From: Actinomycetes bacterium
Lineage (GTDB): Bacteria > Actinomycetota > CADDZG01 > JAHWKV01
Assembly (NCBI GenBank): GCA_029263075.1
Contig: JAJCYE010000034.1
Location: 1 to 60,846, forward strand
Direction of reading: 5' to 3'
DNA length: 60,846 nucleotides
Shown: piece by piece, positions 8,318-16,865 of the stretch
Layout of the letters: every line of letters starts with the position of its first letter
How positions within the stretch are numbered: position 1 is the stretch's first letter
Notes under the pieces: model-generated
What the model saw: the letters and a program-made list of their open reading frames with translations, nothing else
Told to the model about the DNA's origin: nothing
Databases searched by the model: none
Made by a program: the position numbers and the translations under genes

Positions 8318-10870
8318 TTAGCCCAGAACGGCCGCAAATCTTTCCGCCTCCCGATCCCTGAGCCTGACCATGTTCCGCATCCGCTCCAGATTCTGAGCAA
8401 GGGTCTTTTCCCCTTGAGGAACCGGGTTTGCAGCGAAGAATTCTTCTACTTCGGCGGCCCAGACGGAGTCGGCTATCGCGGTGATCCCGCCTGTCATCCT
8501 TACGATGCTCCCGGCAGGCAGTCGCTGCAGCAACAGGTCCCAGTTCGCCACCATAAAATCCCACGCATGCCGTCCGGTCTCCCGCCTGCCCAGGGCCCGG
8601 CCCAGGGTAAACGGCGCATCCTGGGTGCGCACCTCGGTGACGATGAGGTCCAACAGCCGGGCGATCAGGTCCGGGTCCTTGAACCGGGCCATTGAGTGCA
8701 GATAGCGAACCGACAGTTGGGGACTGACGGAAGAGTTGTGCCGCTGCCAGAACAGCTCGAAATCCTCGGCACCGCCGGTATCGGCGATGACCCCGATTGC
8801 GGCAGCCGCCAGAGCCGGGTCGACCGAAGCCGGTTCCGCCAGGAACCGGGTGTGTATGGCCCGGGACCTTTCGATTGCCTCATCATCGGCACCCAGCGAG
8901 CCGAGAGTTTCCAAGAGCACCCCCCGCAGTTGAGAGGTTCGTTCATCCTCACCCGCTGAAGGCTCCCAACCGAGACGGGCCAAAGCGGGTCCGACCAAGT
9001 CCCGGACCTGCTTGCGGAAGGCCTGGCGGGCGGAACCCTCGACCAACCGGTCCAGGCTGCCGAGCGCTCCGGCTATCCGCTGCCAGACCGAAAGGTCACC
9101 TTCGCCGGCAAAGCGGCGGAGAAGTTCCAGATACTCGGCGGCGGTCGTCCTCCCGGCCACCAACGCGGCGTAGTGGTCGTCGACAACGCCGTAGCGTTCA
9201 CCGGCCGTAAGGGAGTCGAGACCGGCGCCCATAAGGCCGTCGAGGAGTTCTGCCGAATAGTGGACCCGGTAAAAACCTGTGGCGCCGGCGTTGACCACCA
9301 ACCAGTCGGGGCGGAACATCAGGTCGAACTCGTTTTCTGCCGAGTCCAGCATCAACTTGGCGCTGCCCTTGAACTCACCCTGCCCGTAGCGGATCAGGAC
9401 CGGCACCACCCACCTCTGACCCGGGTCGGGTCCGTCCTGGTAGGTGAACCGCCTCTGGCGAAGCCGCAACTTCGGCTGCCACTCGTCGCCGCCGATGTCG
9501 GCCGAGATGAGCGGGAACCCGCCGCGGAAAATCCAGCCGTCCATGGTGCGCCGGACCGGAGCGGCCGTGGAGTCCTCCAGGGCATCCCAAAGGTCGGTGG
9601 TGTCGGTGTTGCCGTAGGCGTTGATCTTCAAGTAGTCGCGCACCCCGTCCCGGAACAGGTCCTCGCCGAGGTACTGCTCGAGCATCCGGAGCACGGCGGC
9701 GCCCTTTTCGTAGGTCAAGATGTCGAACATGCCGTCGGCGTCTTTGGGCGACACCACCTCGAACTCGATGGGGCGGGTGCTTTCAAGCGAATCCACCTCG
9801 AACGCCGCGGTCCGGGAGATGCCGAAGTCGGTCCATCGGTCCCACTGGGGGCGGAACGCGTCGGTGCATTTCATCTCCATAAAGGTGGCGAAGGCCTCGT
9901 TCAGCCACAGCCCGTTCCACCAGCGCATGGTGACCAGGTCCCCGAACCACATGTGAGCTATCTCGTGATGGACTACGTCGGCAACCCTCTGCAACTCCTG
10001 CTGGGTGGCCGCCTCGGGGTCGACCAGCAGGGCCGTCTCCCGGAAGGTGATACACCCCAGGTTCTCCATCGCCCCGGCGGCGAAGTCCGGGATCGCCACC
10101 AGATCCAGCTTGTCCGCCGGATAGCCGATGTCGTAATAGCCGGCAAAGTAGTTGAGGGCGAACTTTCCGGACTCGAGGGCAAAATCGGTGAGTCCGTCCC
10201 GGCCCGGCGGGTACGCCACCCGGAGTGGAGTACCTCCGGCGTCGGCGGGTTCGGTGATCCCCAAAGGACCCACTACAAAGGCCACCAGGTAGGTGGACAT
10301 CTTCATGGTTTCGGCAAAGACCACCCGGCGGCGCCCGTCACCGGTGGGCTCGTCGGAGACCTGAGCGCTGTTGCTCAGGGCCAGCACTCCCTCGGGCACC
10401 ACCAGGGTCACGGCAAACGTCGCCTTGAGGTCCGGCTCGTCCCAGCAGGGAAAGGCCAGCCGGGCGTCCGTCGACTCGAACTGGGTGGTCGCCAGAACCC
10501 GTTCCGAACCGGAAGCATCCTTGAAGCTGGACCGGTAAAATCCTTCAAGCTTGTCGTTCAGTACCCCGCGGAACCGGCTCCTGAGCGTCCACGGACCGGG
10601 CTGGGCAACGGCGCTCAGCTTGAGCAGGCAGCGTTCGGTTTCGGTTTCGAAAGTGGCCGACGCTTCGATGCGGGTGCCGTCCTGCTCCAGCCAGACCTCA
10701 TCGATCTCAAGTTCTTTGGCGTTGAGGACTATCTCGCCGACCGGCTCTTTGACCTCAACCGAAACCGCAACCTCGCCGGCAAAACGTGCCGCGGAGAGAT
10801 CGGGCTCTAGGGTCAGCTCATACCTGGACGGGAGGACGGTGCGGGGAAGGCGGTAGCGGTCGATTTCCAT
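8318..10870 (-). CDS. pepN: M1 family aminopeptidase (aminopeptidase N / puromycin-sensitive-like)
   Basis: TQFE, AFPCWDEP, GAMEN, HEIAHMWFG...LNEAFA, YEKG; ERAP1-like C-terminus. Confidence 0.95.
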   Translation of the reverse strand: MEIDRYRLPRTVLPSRYELTLEPDLSAARFAGEVAVSVEVKEPVGEIVLNAKELEIDEVWLEQDGTRIEASATFETETERCLLKLSAVAQPGPWTLRSRFRGVLNDKLEGFYRSSFKDASGSERVLATTQFESTDARLAFPCWDEPDLKATFAVTLVVPEGVLALSNSAQVSDEPTGDGRRRVVFAETMKMSTYLVAFVVGPLGITEPADAGGTPLRVAYPPGRDGLTDFALESGKFALNYFAGYYDIGYPADKLDLVAIPDFAAGAMENLGCITFRETALLVDPEAATQQELQRVADVVHHEIAHMWFGDLVTMRWWNGLWLNEAFATFMEMKCTDAFRPQWDRWTDFGISRTAAFEVDSLESTRPIEFEVVSPKDADGMFDILTYEKGAAVLRMLEQYLGEDLFRDGVRDYLKINAYGNTDTTDLWDALEDSTAAPVRRTMDGWIFRGGFPLISADIGGDEWQPKLRLRQRRFTYQDGPDPGQRWVVPVLIRYGQGEFKGSAKLMLDSAENEFDLMFRPDWLVVNAGATGFYRVHYSAELLDGLMGAGLDSLTAGERYGVVDDHYAALVAGRTTAAEYLELLRRFAGEGDLSVWQRIAGALGSLDRLVEGSARQAFRKQVRDLVGPALARLGWEPSAGEDERTSQLRGVLLETLGSLGADDEAIERSRAIHTRFLAEPASVDPALAAAAIGVIADTGGAEDFELFWQRHNSSVSPQLSVRYLHSMARFKDPDLIARLLDLIVTEVRTQDAPFTLGRALGRRETGRHAWDFMVANWDLLLQRLPAGSIVRMTGGITAIADSVWAAEVEEFFAANPVPQGEKTLAQNLERMRNMVRLRDREAERFAAVLG

Positions 10871-10919
10871 GCCCCGAGACTATCTCTCCCGGGGCAGTTT
10901 GGCAGCCGTGGGCCCCGCC

Positions 10920-11057
10920 TCAGGCGGCGGCTGCCCGGGCCTGGAACGCCACCTTTAAGTTGCCGTACTGATCCGTAGACGTACCCAGAAACTCCAGATC
11001 CAGCGTCACCGGGCGGGTCACTCCGAGAAGCGTGAGGTCTCCGGTCAGCTTGCCGAA
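10920..11057 (-). pseudogene. YceI-family fragment
   Basis: Short frame FGKLTGDLTLLGVTRPVTLDLEFLGTSTDQYGNLKVAFQARAAAA*, the YceI core motif with both ends missing. Confidence 0.7.
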
Positions 11058-11184
11058 GGCTAGGGCGGGTTGGGCTCCCGCGAACAATCGGCGCACCAAA
11101 AGAGCCGGTTACCCGAAGGAAACCGGCTCTCTTGCCAAGCCACATCGAGGGGCGTCTGCAATCCAGACCAACCCGGCTGCGGAC

Positions 11185-12582
11185 CTACAGGTTGATGCGG
11201 GCCACCACGCCTTCCTCGTTGCCCCCGGATGCTGCATCGGGACCCATCCACCCCGCCACGGTCGCCCGGGACCCGTCCTCATCGAGCGCAATGGAGAAGA
11301 ATGAGTCGGTCTGGCCTCCCAGGTCGATCCGCAGAATGCCACCCCGGCCGAAGGTCTCGTCCAGGTCACCGTCCTCCGTGAGGAGCACCAGCATGCCGTT
11401 CATGTCCGACTCGGTTGGCTTGCCGCTGCCGGCGATGAGAATCCCCCCGTCCTCCAGCACCACCAGGTCGCGGCCCCGGTCGTCCTGCCCCGCAATATCG
11501 ATGCGGACCAACCCGTCCTCGCCAAACTCCCTGTCCCACTCACCGTCGGACGTGAACCTGGCTGCAATGAGGTCCACCTTCTCCCCTTCGGCCGCCCGTC
11601 CGTACCCGGTGATGATGAAGTCTTCTCCCTGGAGGCCGACCTCGTAGGCTTCGGCGACGGCAGGCAACATTTCGGCCGTGGCAACACCGCCGGTGCCGAA
11701 GTCGTCCACCAGTTCGCCCCGGTCGTCGAGCTTGAACAGGACCGGCGAGATCGGTCCATCACCCACTCCCGAGTAGCCGCTCACCACTACTGCGCCGTCC
11801 TCCAACTCAACCGCCTGGCGCGGAGACTCGTTGCCGTCCTTGAGATCCATCACGAACAGCCCATCGGTGCCGAATGAAGTATCCCTATCGCCGTCGGCGG
11901 TCAGCCTGAGAACAGCAAAATCCCTGTCGGTTTCGTCTGGGCCGTCGTGAAGCTTCGCCCCGACCAGCACCAGCTTGTCGTCCCCCAAAACGGTCATGCC
12001 GAACATGGTGTCGCCCACGAAGTTGTCCCCCACCGCCCGGCCGTCGCCCAGGTTGAAGCGGGCGATCCCGCCTTCGCCGAAGGTGGCGTCCAGCGTGCCG
12101 TCCGGCTTGATCCGGACCGCCGCAATGTCGGTGTCCCGGCCGGCTTCCCCGGCGGCACCCGGGTCGTGTTCGATGGGTCCGGCCAGGACCACCGAGCCGT
12201 CCGACTGCACGCCGACCGCGCTCGCGCGCTCCCCGGTCCCGCCGCCGGCGGCAACGTTGACGCTGGTAAATCCGGTCCCCGCAAATCCCGTATCCAGATC
12301 TCCGCTCTCGTCGAACCGCGCTACAGCCATGGACTGGTCCCCGGCCGCCGTGACAAACCCGGCGGCGTAACTGCCGCCTTCAGTAGCCACAACCGAGACG
12401 AAGCGGTCCGCCTCCGCCGACATCGACACCCGGGTGAATCCCCCGAGTCCGAACGACGGATCCAGTGCCCTGACCGGCACGGCGGACGCCTTGTCATCGG
12501 TGCTCGCAGTCTGCGCACACCCGCCGGTAACTCCCAAAGCCAGGACCGTCAACAGTCCCAAACCACGCCTGCTCCCAATCAT
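11185..12582 (-). CDS. Secreted lipoprotein with delta-60 (DUF5122-like) beta-propeller repeats
   Basis: Signal peptide ending TGGC; seven (L/R/V/W)DxxF(G/A)xxG repeats: LDPSFG, LDTGFA, LDATFG, RDTSFG, VDDFG, WDREFG, LDETFG. Confidence 0.85.
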   Translation of the reverse strand: MIGSRRGLGLLTVLALGVTGGCAQTASTDDKASAVPVRALDPSFGLGGFTRVSMSAEADRFVSVVATEGGSYAAGFVTAAGDQSMAVARFDESGDLDTGFAGTGFTSVNVAAGGGTGERASAVGVQSDGSVVLAGPIEHDPGAAGEAGRDTDIAAVRIKPDGTLDATFGEGGIARFNLGDGRAVGDNFVGDTMFGMTVLGDDKLVLVGAKLHDGPDETDRDFAVLRLTADGDRDTSFGTDGLFVMDLKDGNESPRQAVELEDGAVVVSGYSGVGDGPISPVLFKLDDRGELVDDFGTGGVATAEMLPAVAEAYEVGLQGEDFIITGYGRAAEGEKVDLIAARFTSDGEWDREFGEDGLVRIDIAGQDDRGRDLVVLEDGGILIAGSGKPTESDMNGMLVLLTEDGDLDETFGRGGILRIDLGGQTDSFFSIALDEDGSRATVAGWMGPDAASGGNEEGVVARINL

Positions 12583-12605
12583 CTACAAATCCCTCCGCCA
12601 AAGTA

Positions 12606-12687
12606 TTAGGTGAGACACATCTTCTGTTGTAGCCTCCCTGCCCTCAGATATTAGGCAGCCCTAATATAGAAGGTAAGTCTCAACATA
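12606..12687. promoter_or_regulatory. Cluster of IdeR/DtxR-like iron boxes
   Basis: TTAGGTGAGACACATCTTC (12606-12624), ATATTAGG-cagc-CCTAATAT (12648-12667) and GAAGGTAAGTCTCAACATA (12669-12687) versus consensus TWAGGTWAGSCTWACCTWA; about 12-14/19 each by hand. Confidence 0.55.
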
Positions 12688-12734
12688 ACAAGGCGACCCC
12701 CGCCGGGGGAGCCCGGAGTTGTTAGCCTTGCCGG

Positions 12735-13565
12735 ATGCGAGTTGCGGTTGTCGGACACATCGAGTGGATCGACTTCATCCGGGTAGCCCGCATGCCTCGC
12801 CCCGGGGAGATAGTTCATGCGGAACAAGCGTGGGCCGATGTGGGAGGCGGTGGCGCCGTCTCCGCGGTCCAACTGGCCAGACTGGCGGGCTCGGCCGACT
12901 TCTACACCACCATCGGGGACGACGAACTCGGCCGGCGCGCCCGGCATCAACTCGTCGAGATGGGCCTTTCGGTCCACAGCGCCGTAAAAAACAACGCCCA
13001 ACGGCGAGCCATTACCTACATCGACGACTCGGGCGACCGGTCCATCACGGTCCTGGGGATCAGGTCTTCGCCGTCCTCGTCCGATCCCCTCCCCTGGGCG
13101 GAACTTGAGAGAACAGATGCGGTCTACCTGACTGCAGGTGACCCCGAGGCGATTCGGCTGGCCCGCAAGGCCCGGGTCCTGGTGGCGACCTCCCGGATCC
13201 TGCCTCTGCTCCAAGACGCCGGGGTGGAACTGGACGCCGTGGTGGGAAGCAAGCTGGACCCGGCCGAGCAGTACAGGGAAGGGGACCTGATCCGCACCCC
13301 CGGTCTGGTCGTGCGCACCGCAGGCGCCGCAGGGGGGACCTATCAGGCTGCCGGCGGGTCCGAGACGCCATACCCGGCCACCCGGCTGCCCGGACCGGTT
13401 GTCGATACCTACGGCTGCGGGGACAGTTTTGCCGCCGGGCTGACCTTCGGGCTGGGCCTGGGTCTACCCCACGAAGAGGCTTTAACTCTTGCCGCCAGGT
13501 GCGGAGCTGCCGCGGCGACCGGCCGGGGACCCTACCAAACTCAGCTCACCGCTTCGGATCTTTGA
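12735..13565 (+). CDS. PfkB family carbohydrate kinase (ribokinase-like)
   Basis: GGGGAV..VQLARL, GDDELG, VVDTYGCGDSFAAG. Confidence 0.92.
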   Translation: MRVAVVGHIEWIDFIRVARMPRPGEIVHAEQAWADVGGGGAVSAVQLARLAGSADFYTTIGDDELGRRARHQLVEMGLSVHSAVKNNAQRRAITYIDDSGDRSITVLGIRSSPSSSDPLPWAELERTDAVYLTAGDPEAIRLARKARVLVATSRILPLLQDAGVELDAVVGSKLDPAEQYREGDLIRTPGLVVRTAGAAGGTYQAAGGSETPYPATRLPGPVVDTYGCGDSFAAGLTFGLGLGLPHEEALTLAARCGAAAATGRGPYQTQLTASDL

Positions 13566-13611
13566 ACCGGAGAGCGACCCAACCATGGGCCGGCCGCCTA
13601 CGGGCGAATGC

Positions 13612-15270
13612 CTAGATCCAGCCGCATTTGAGGCCCCCGCAATCGAACATCGGCATCCACATCAGGCGGCGCCAAAGTTCGTAATCGATGCTGATCGCCG
13701 AGAGGATCGGGAAAAAGATCACCGTCATCACCAGCACTCCGACCACCAGATAGCCCAAGACCAGCCTCCTCGGAACCTTGCCCCTCCGGCGGATCCGGTT
13801 CAGGCCCGCAGCCAGTCCGATCAACAGGAAGGGGACGGCGGGCGTCATGTAAAAAAAGAACAGGGGCCTGCTGACCGCCAACCAGGGCAGGTACTGGGCG
13901 GCGAACGCCGCCAAGACGAACGACTCGGGGCGCCAACTGCGGAGGCTACGGACCGCCAGCCAGATCAGAGCGACGATCGCCGCGTACCAGACGGCCGGGT
14001 TGGCCATTCCTATGATCTCGACGGAGTTGCCGTACGCCCCATCGTAGTAGTACGACACCGGCCGCAGGATGAACAGCCAGGTCCACGCCTTCGACTGGTA
14101 CGGGTGGGTGGCCGTGAGATGCAGGTGATAGTCGGCCACCCGGTCGTGGAGGTCGGCGAAGTTGAGGGCCAGCCCGGGAACACCGTTCAGGCACTCGCCC
14201 TCCACCAGCCCGTAAAAGCCGGCGCTGAAGTAGCGCTCGGCGGACTGCGCAGGAACCGTGTAGGCGCACGGCCGGGAGTTTTCGCGCACGAACCACTCGG
14301 TGTAGGAGAAGAGATACACGACGAGGGGGACCAGACCAAAGACGAGCGCCGTAACAAGAGCGTCCTTTGCCAGCGCCGAGCGTCGGGGCCCGGTATCCGG
14401 GGCTTGCGGCCGGGAGCCCTCCTCGCCCGGGGCGGACTCCTCGCCCAGCTCGCCCGGGGCGGACTCCTCGCCCAGTGCGGACTCCTCCGCCGGCGAGACT
14501 CGCGTTTGCCTGCGGCGGATCCGCCAGAGGCCTACCGTCCAGCCGAAGCCGAGGAGGGCGGCGGCGGCAAGGGCGTAGACCGCAGACCACTTGACCGATA
14601 GCGCAAGGCCAAAGGCCACGCCGGCCGCCAGGCGGTTAACCAAACTACGGACCGGAGGCGGGCCGGGTTCACCGGAGTCAAGGTGCGCCCTGACGGCCAC
14701 CACCTTCTCCCGATCGATAGCAAGGAACAAGAACCCGAGGGCGATAAAAAAGGCCAGGAAGATGTCCAGCATGGCAATCCGGCTCTGGACGAACAGCAAG
14801 AAGTCCGTAGCAACCAGAAAACCGGCGGTCATTGAGATCCACCGGTTCTTGAACAGCCGCTGCGCCAGCAGGTAGGTCACAAGAACCAGCCCGACTCCAC
14901 ACACCACTGCGCTTATCCGCCAACCCATTGAGTTGTTGCCGAAAACCTTGATCCCGGCGGCGATCAGCCACTTGCCCAAAGGTGGGTGGACATAACTTTG
15001 TTCGGTGGTGCCGGTCAGCCCGCAGGTGTCCGGGAGATTGCCCAGGTAAAGGCAGGCGTCCTTGGCGTAGTAGGTCTCGTCGAAGACCAACTCCTCAGGC
15101 TCAGCCAGGCGCACGTATCGGATGATCGCGGCGAAAGCGAGGAGGATCACCACGGCCCAACGCGCCTCCCACCAGTGGTGGCGGCCACGTTTGTTGTTAC
15201 CTTTGGTCCCCTCCAACAAGCCCGGCCCCGACTTCAGTGGGTCCGATTCCTTGGTGGGGGGCGACGTCAT
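13612..15270 (-). CDS. pmt: Polyprenol-phosphate-mannose protein O-mannosyltransferase
   Basis: VFDETYYAKDA, VHPPLGKWLIA, GWR, SRIAMLDIF, KWS, HPYQS.AWTW, RPLFFFY. Start could be 15297. Confidence 0.92.
   Translation of the reverse strand: MTSPPTKESDPLKSGPGLLEGTKGNNKRGRHHWWEARWAVVILLAFAAIIRYVRLAEPEELVFDETYYAKDACLYLGNLPDTCGLTGTTEQSYVHPPLGKWLIAAGIKVFGNNSMGWRISAVVCGVGLVLVTYLLAQRLFKNRWISMTAGFLVATDFLLFVQSRIAMLDIFLAFFIALGFLFLAIDREKVVAVRAHLDSGEPGPPPVRSLVNRLAAGVAFGLALSVKWSAVYALAAAALLGFGWTVGLWRIRRRQTRVSPAEESALGEESAPGELGEESAPGEEGSRPQAPDTGPRRSALAKDALVTALVFGLVPLVVYLFSYTEWFVRENSRPCAYTVPAQSAERYFSAGFYGLVEGECLNGVPGLALNFADLHDRVADYHLHLTATHPYQSKAWTWLFILRPVSYYYDGAYGNSVEIIGMANPAVWYAAIVALIWLAVRSLRSWRPESFVLAAFAAQYLPWLAVSRPLFFFYMTPAVPFLLIGLAAGLNRIRRRGKVPRRLVLGYLVVGVLVMTVIFFPILSAISIDYELWRRLMWMPMFDCGGLKCGWI
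14422..14475. repeat. 27-bp perfect tandem duplication inside pmt (LGEESAPGE x2)
   Basis: ctcgcccggggcggactcctcgcccag at 14422-14448 and 14449-14475, plus a degenerate third copy. Confidence 0.85.
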
Positions 15271-15315
15271 CGAATCGATCCTGATTCTCCTGCCCAAACG
15301 GAATTGGGTCAGTAT

Positions 15316-15684
15316 ATGGACGCCCGCACCATGCTCAAGGAGAAGCCTGTGTTCCTAGTCGATCCGGACAACCCGAGCGCCGTTGTTGAGGTGTGGGAGC
15401 CGCTGGGACTCTTCGGGCGAGCCAGGGGCCTTTTGGGCACTACAAGCGTCGGCCGCGGACGGGGATTTCTCCTTAGGGCCAAACAGGTGCACACAATAGG
15501 AATGGTGTACCCCATCGATGTCATCCACATCTCTCGCAAAGGAGTAGTGGTGAGAGTACAGACCATGCAGCCGGGCCGGATAGGCCACTTCACAGTCAGG
15601 GCCCGATGGACATTGGAGATGGACATCGGGGAGGCGGAGCGGCTGGGGATCAAAGTCGGGGGAAGGCTGGTCCGGCAACCATGA
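15316..15684 (+). CDS. DUF192 domain protein
   Basis: RARGLLG...VHTIGMVYPIDVI...LEM..G.AERLGIKVG. Confidence 0.88.
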   Translation: MDARTMLKEKPVFLVDPDNPSAVVEVWEPLGLFGRARGLLGTTSVGRGRGFLLRAKQVHTIGMVYPIDVIHISRKGVVVRVQTMQPGRIGHFTVRARWTLEMDIGEAERLGIKVGGRLVRQP

Positions 15685-16499
15685 CCGGGCGCCTCTATGT
15701 GTGCGCCACTCCAATCGGCAACCTGGAGGACACCTCGCTGCGGCTGATCCGTATCCTTGCCGAGGTCGATCTAATTGCCGCCGAAGACACCCGGCGAACC
15801 CGCAAACTCCTCACCCACCACGGCATCCACGCCCAACTGACCTCGTACCACCAGGCCAACGAACACAAGCAGACGGACTGGCTGGTCAATAAGCTCCAGC
15901 AGGGCGCCCGGGTTGCACTGGTAAGCGACGGCGGCATGCCCGCAATCTCCGATCCCGGATACATGCTGGTCCGGGCTTGCATCAAGGCCGACCTTCCCAT
16001 CGAGGTGGTTCCGGGCCCATCGGCGGTTCCGACCGCACTGGTCCTATCGGGGCTACCGACCGCCCGGTTTGTCTTCGAAGGCTTCTTGCCCAAACCCCAG
16101 GGGGAGAAGCGCACCCGGCTCGAACAACTGGCGGCGGACGAGAGGACACTTGTCTTCTTCGAGGCCCCTAGCCGGGTGCGCCCTACCCTCAAGGCGATGC
16201 TTCAGGCTTTTGGAGACCGGCAAATAGCGGTTGCCCGCGAACTCACAAAAGTCCATGAAGAGGTGTTGCGAGGAACGATAAATGAGGTGCTTCTCCTACT
16301 GGAGGAGAACCTACGCGGGGAGGTGGTACTGGTCATTGAAGGCGCAGACACACTTCCCGCGAGCATTTCTGATGCGGTGGCCTTGGCTCAACAACTCGTT
16401 GACGGGGGAATGACCAAATCGAAGGCGGCTGCCCAGGCGGCTTCTTCGCTGGGGACTCCGAGACGGTCCGTCTACGAGGGGCTGATCGGACGCATCTGA
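15681..16499 (+). CDS. rsmI: 16S rRNA C1402 2'-O-methyltransferase
   Basis: LYVCATPIGNLED, AAEDTR, VSDGGMPAISDPG, FEGFLP, ARELTKVHEE. Confidence 0.97.
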   Translation: MTGRLYVCATPIGNLEDTSLRLIRILAEVDLIAAEDTRRTRKLLTHHGIHAQLTSYHQANEHKQTDWLVNKLQQGARVALVSDGGMPAISDPGYMLVRACIKADLPIEVVPGPSAVPTALVLSGLPTARFVFEGFLPKPQGEKRTRLEQLAADERTLVFFEAPSRVRPTLKAMLQAFGDRQIAVARELTKVHEEVLRGTINEVLLLLEENLRGEVVLVIEGADTLPASISDAVALAQQLVDGGMTKSKAAAQAASSLGTPRRSVYEGLIGRI

Positions 16500-16523
16500 G
16501 TGAACCTCGGGTTGAAACTCCCG

Positions 16524-16826
16524 CTACGCTGTTAGGGAGTCCAATCCGACAATGCATGAGGAGCAAATCATTCTTCCGCTGTATTCCTTGAGTTCTGAGC
16601 GACTGCCGCAGAAAACGCAGGAGTCCTGGCGGGGCGTGAGAATGATGCGATCCTCCTCCAGCGAGATGTCCAGTACACCGCCCTCTTTGAGGTCGAGTGA
16701 CTTGCGGATCTCCGCGGGAATGACGATTCGACCGAGTACGTCCAACTTGCGGTTCATGCCTGTGTTCTTCAAACCATTCGATAGTATCCGCACTTCGGAT
16801 ACATCTCCGGAAGCTCGCTTCGCCAT
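16524..16826 (-). CDS. abrB: AbrB/Abh-type transition-state regulator with C-terminal Cys4 motif
   Basis: KNTGMNRKLDVLGRIVIPAEIRKSLDL; CVFC...CSSC; AAGGAG SD before ATG 16826. Confidence 0.85.
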   Translation of the reverse strand: MAKRASGDVSEVRILSNGLKNTGMNRKLDVLGRIVIPAEIRKSLDLKEGGVLDISLEEDRIILTPRQDSCVFCGSRSELKEYSGRMICSSCIVGLDSLTA

Positions 16827-16865
16827 ATTTCTCCTTTTAAACGGTCTAGAAAGTCCCCATTCCCC

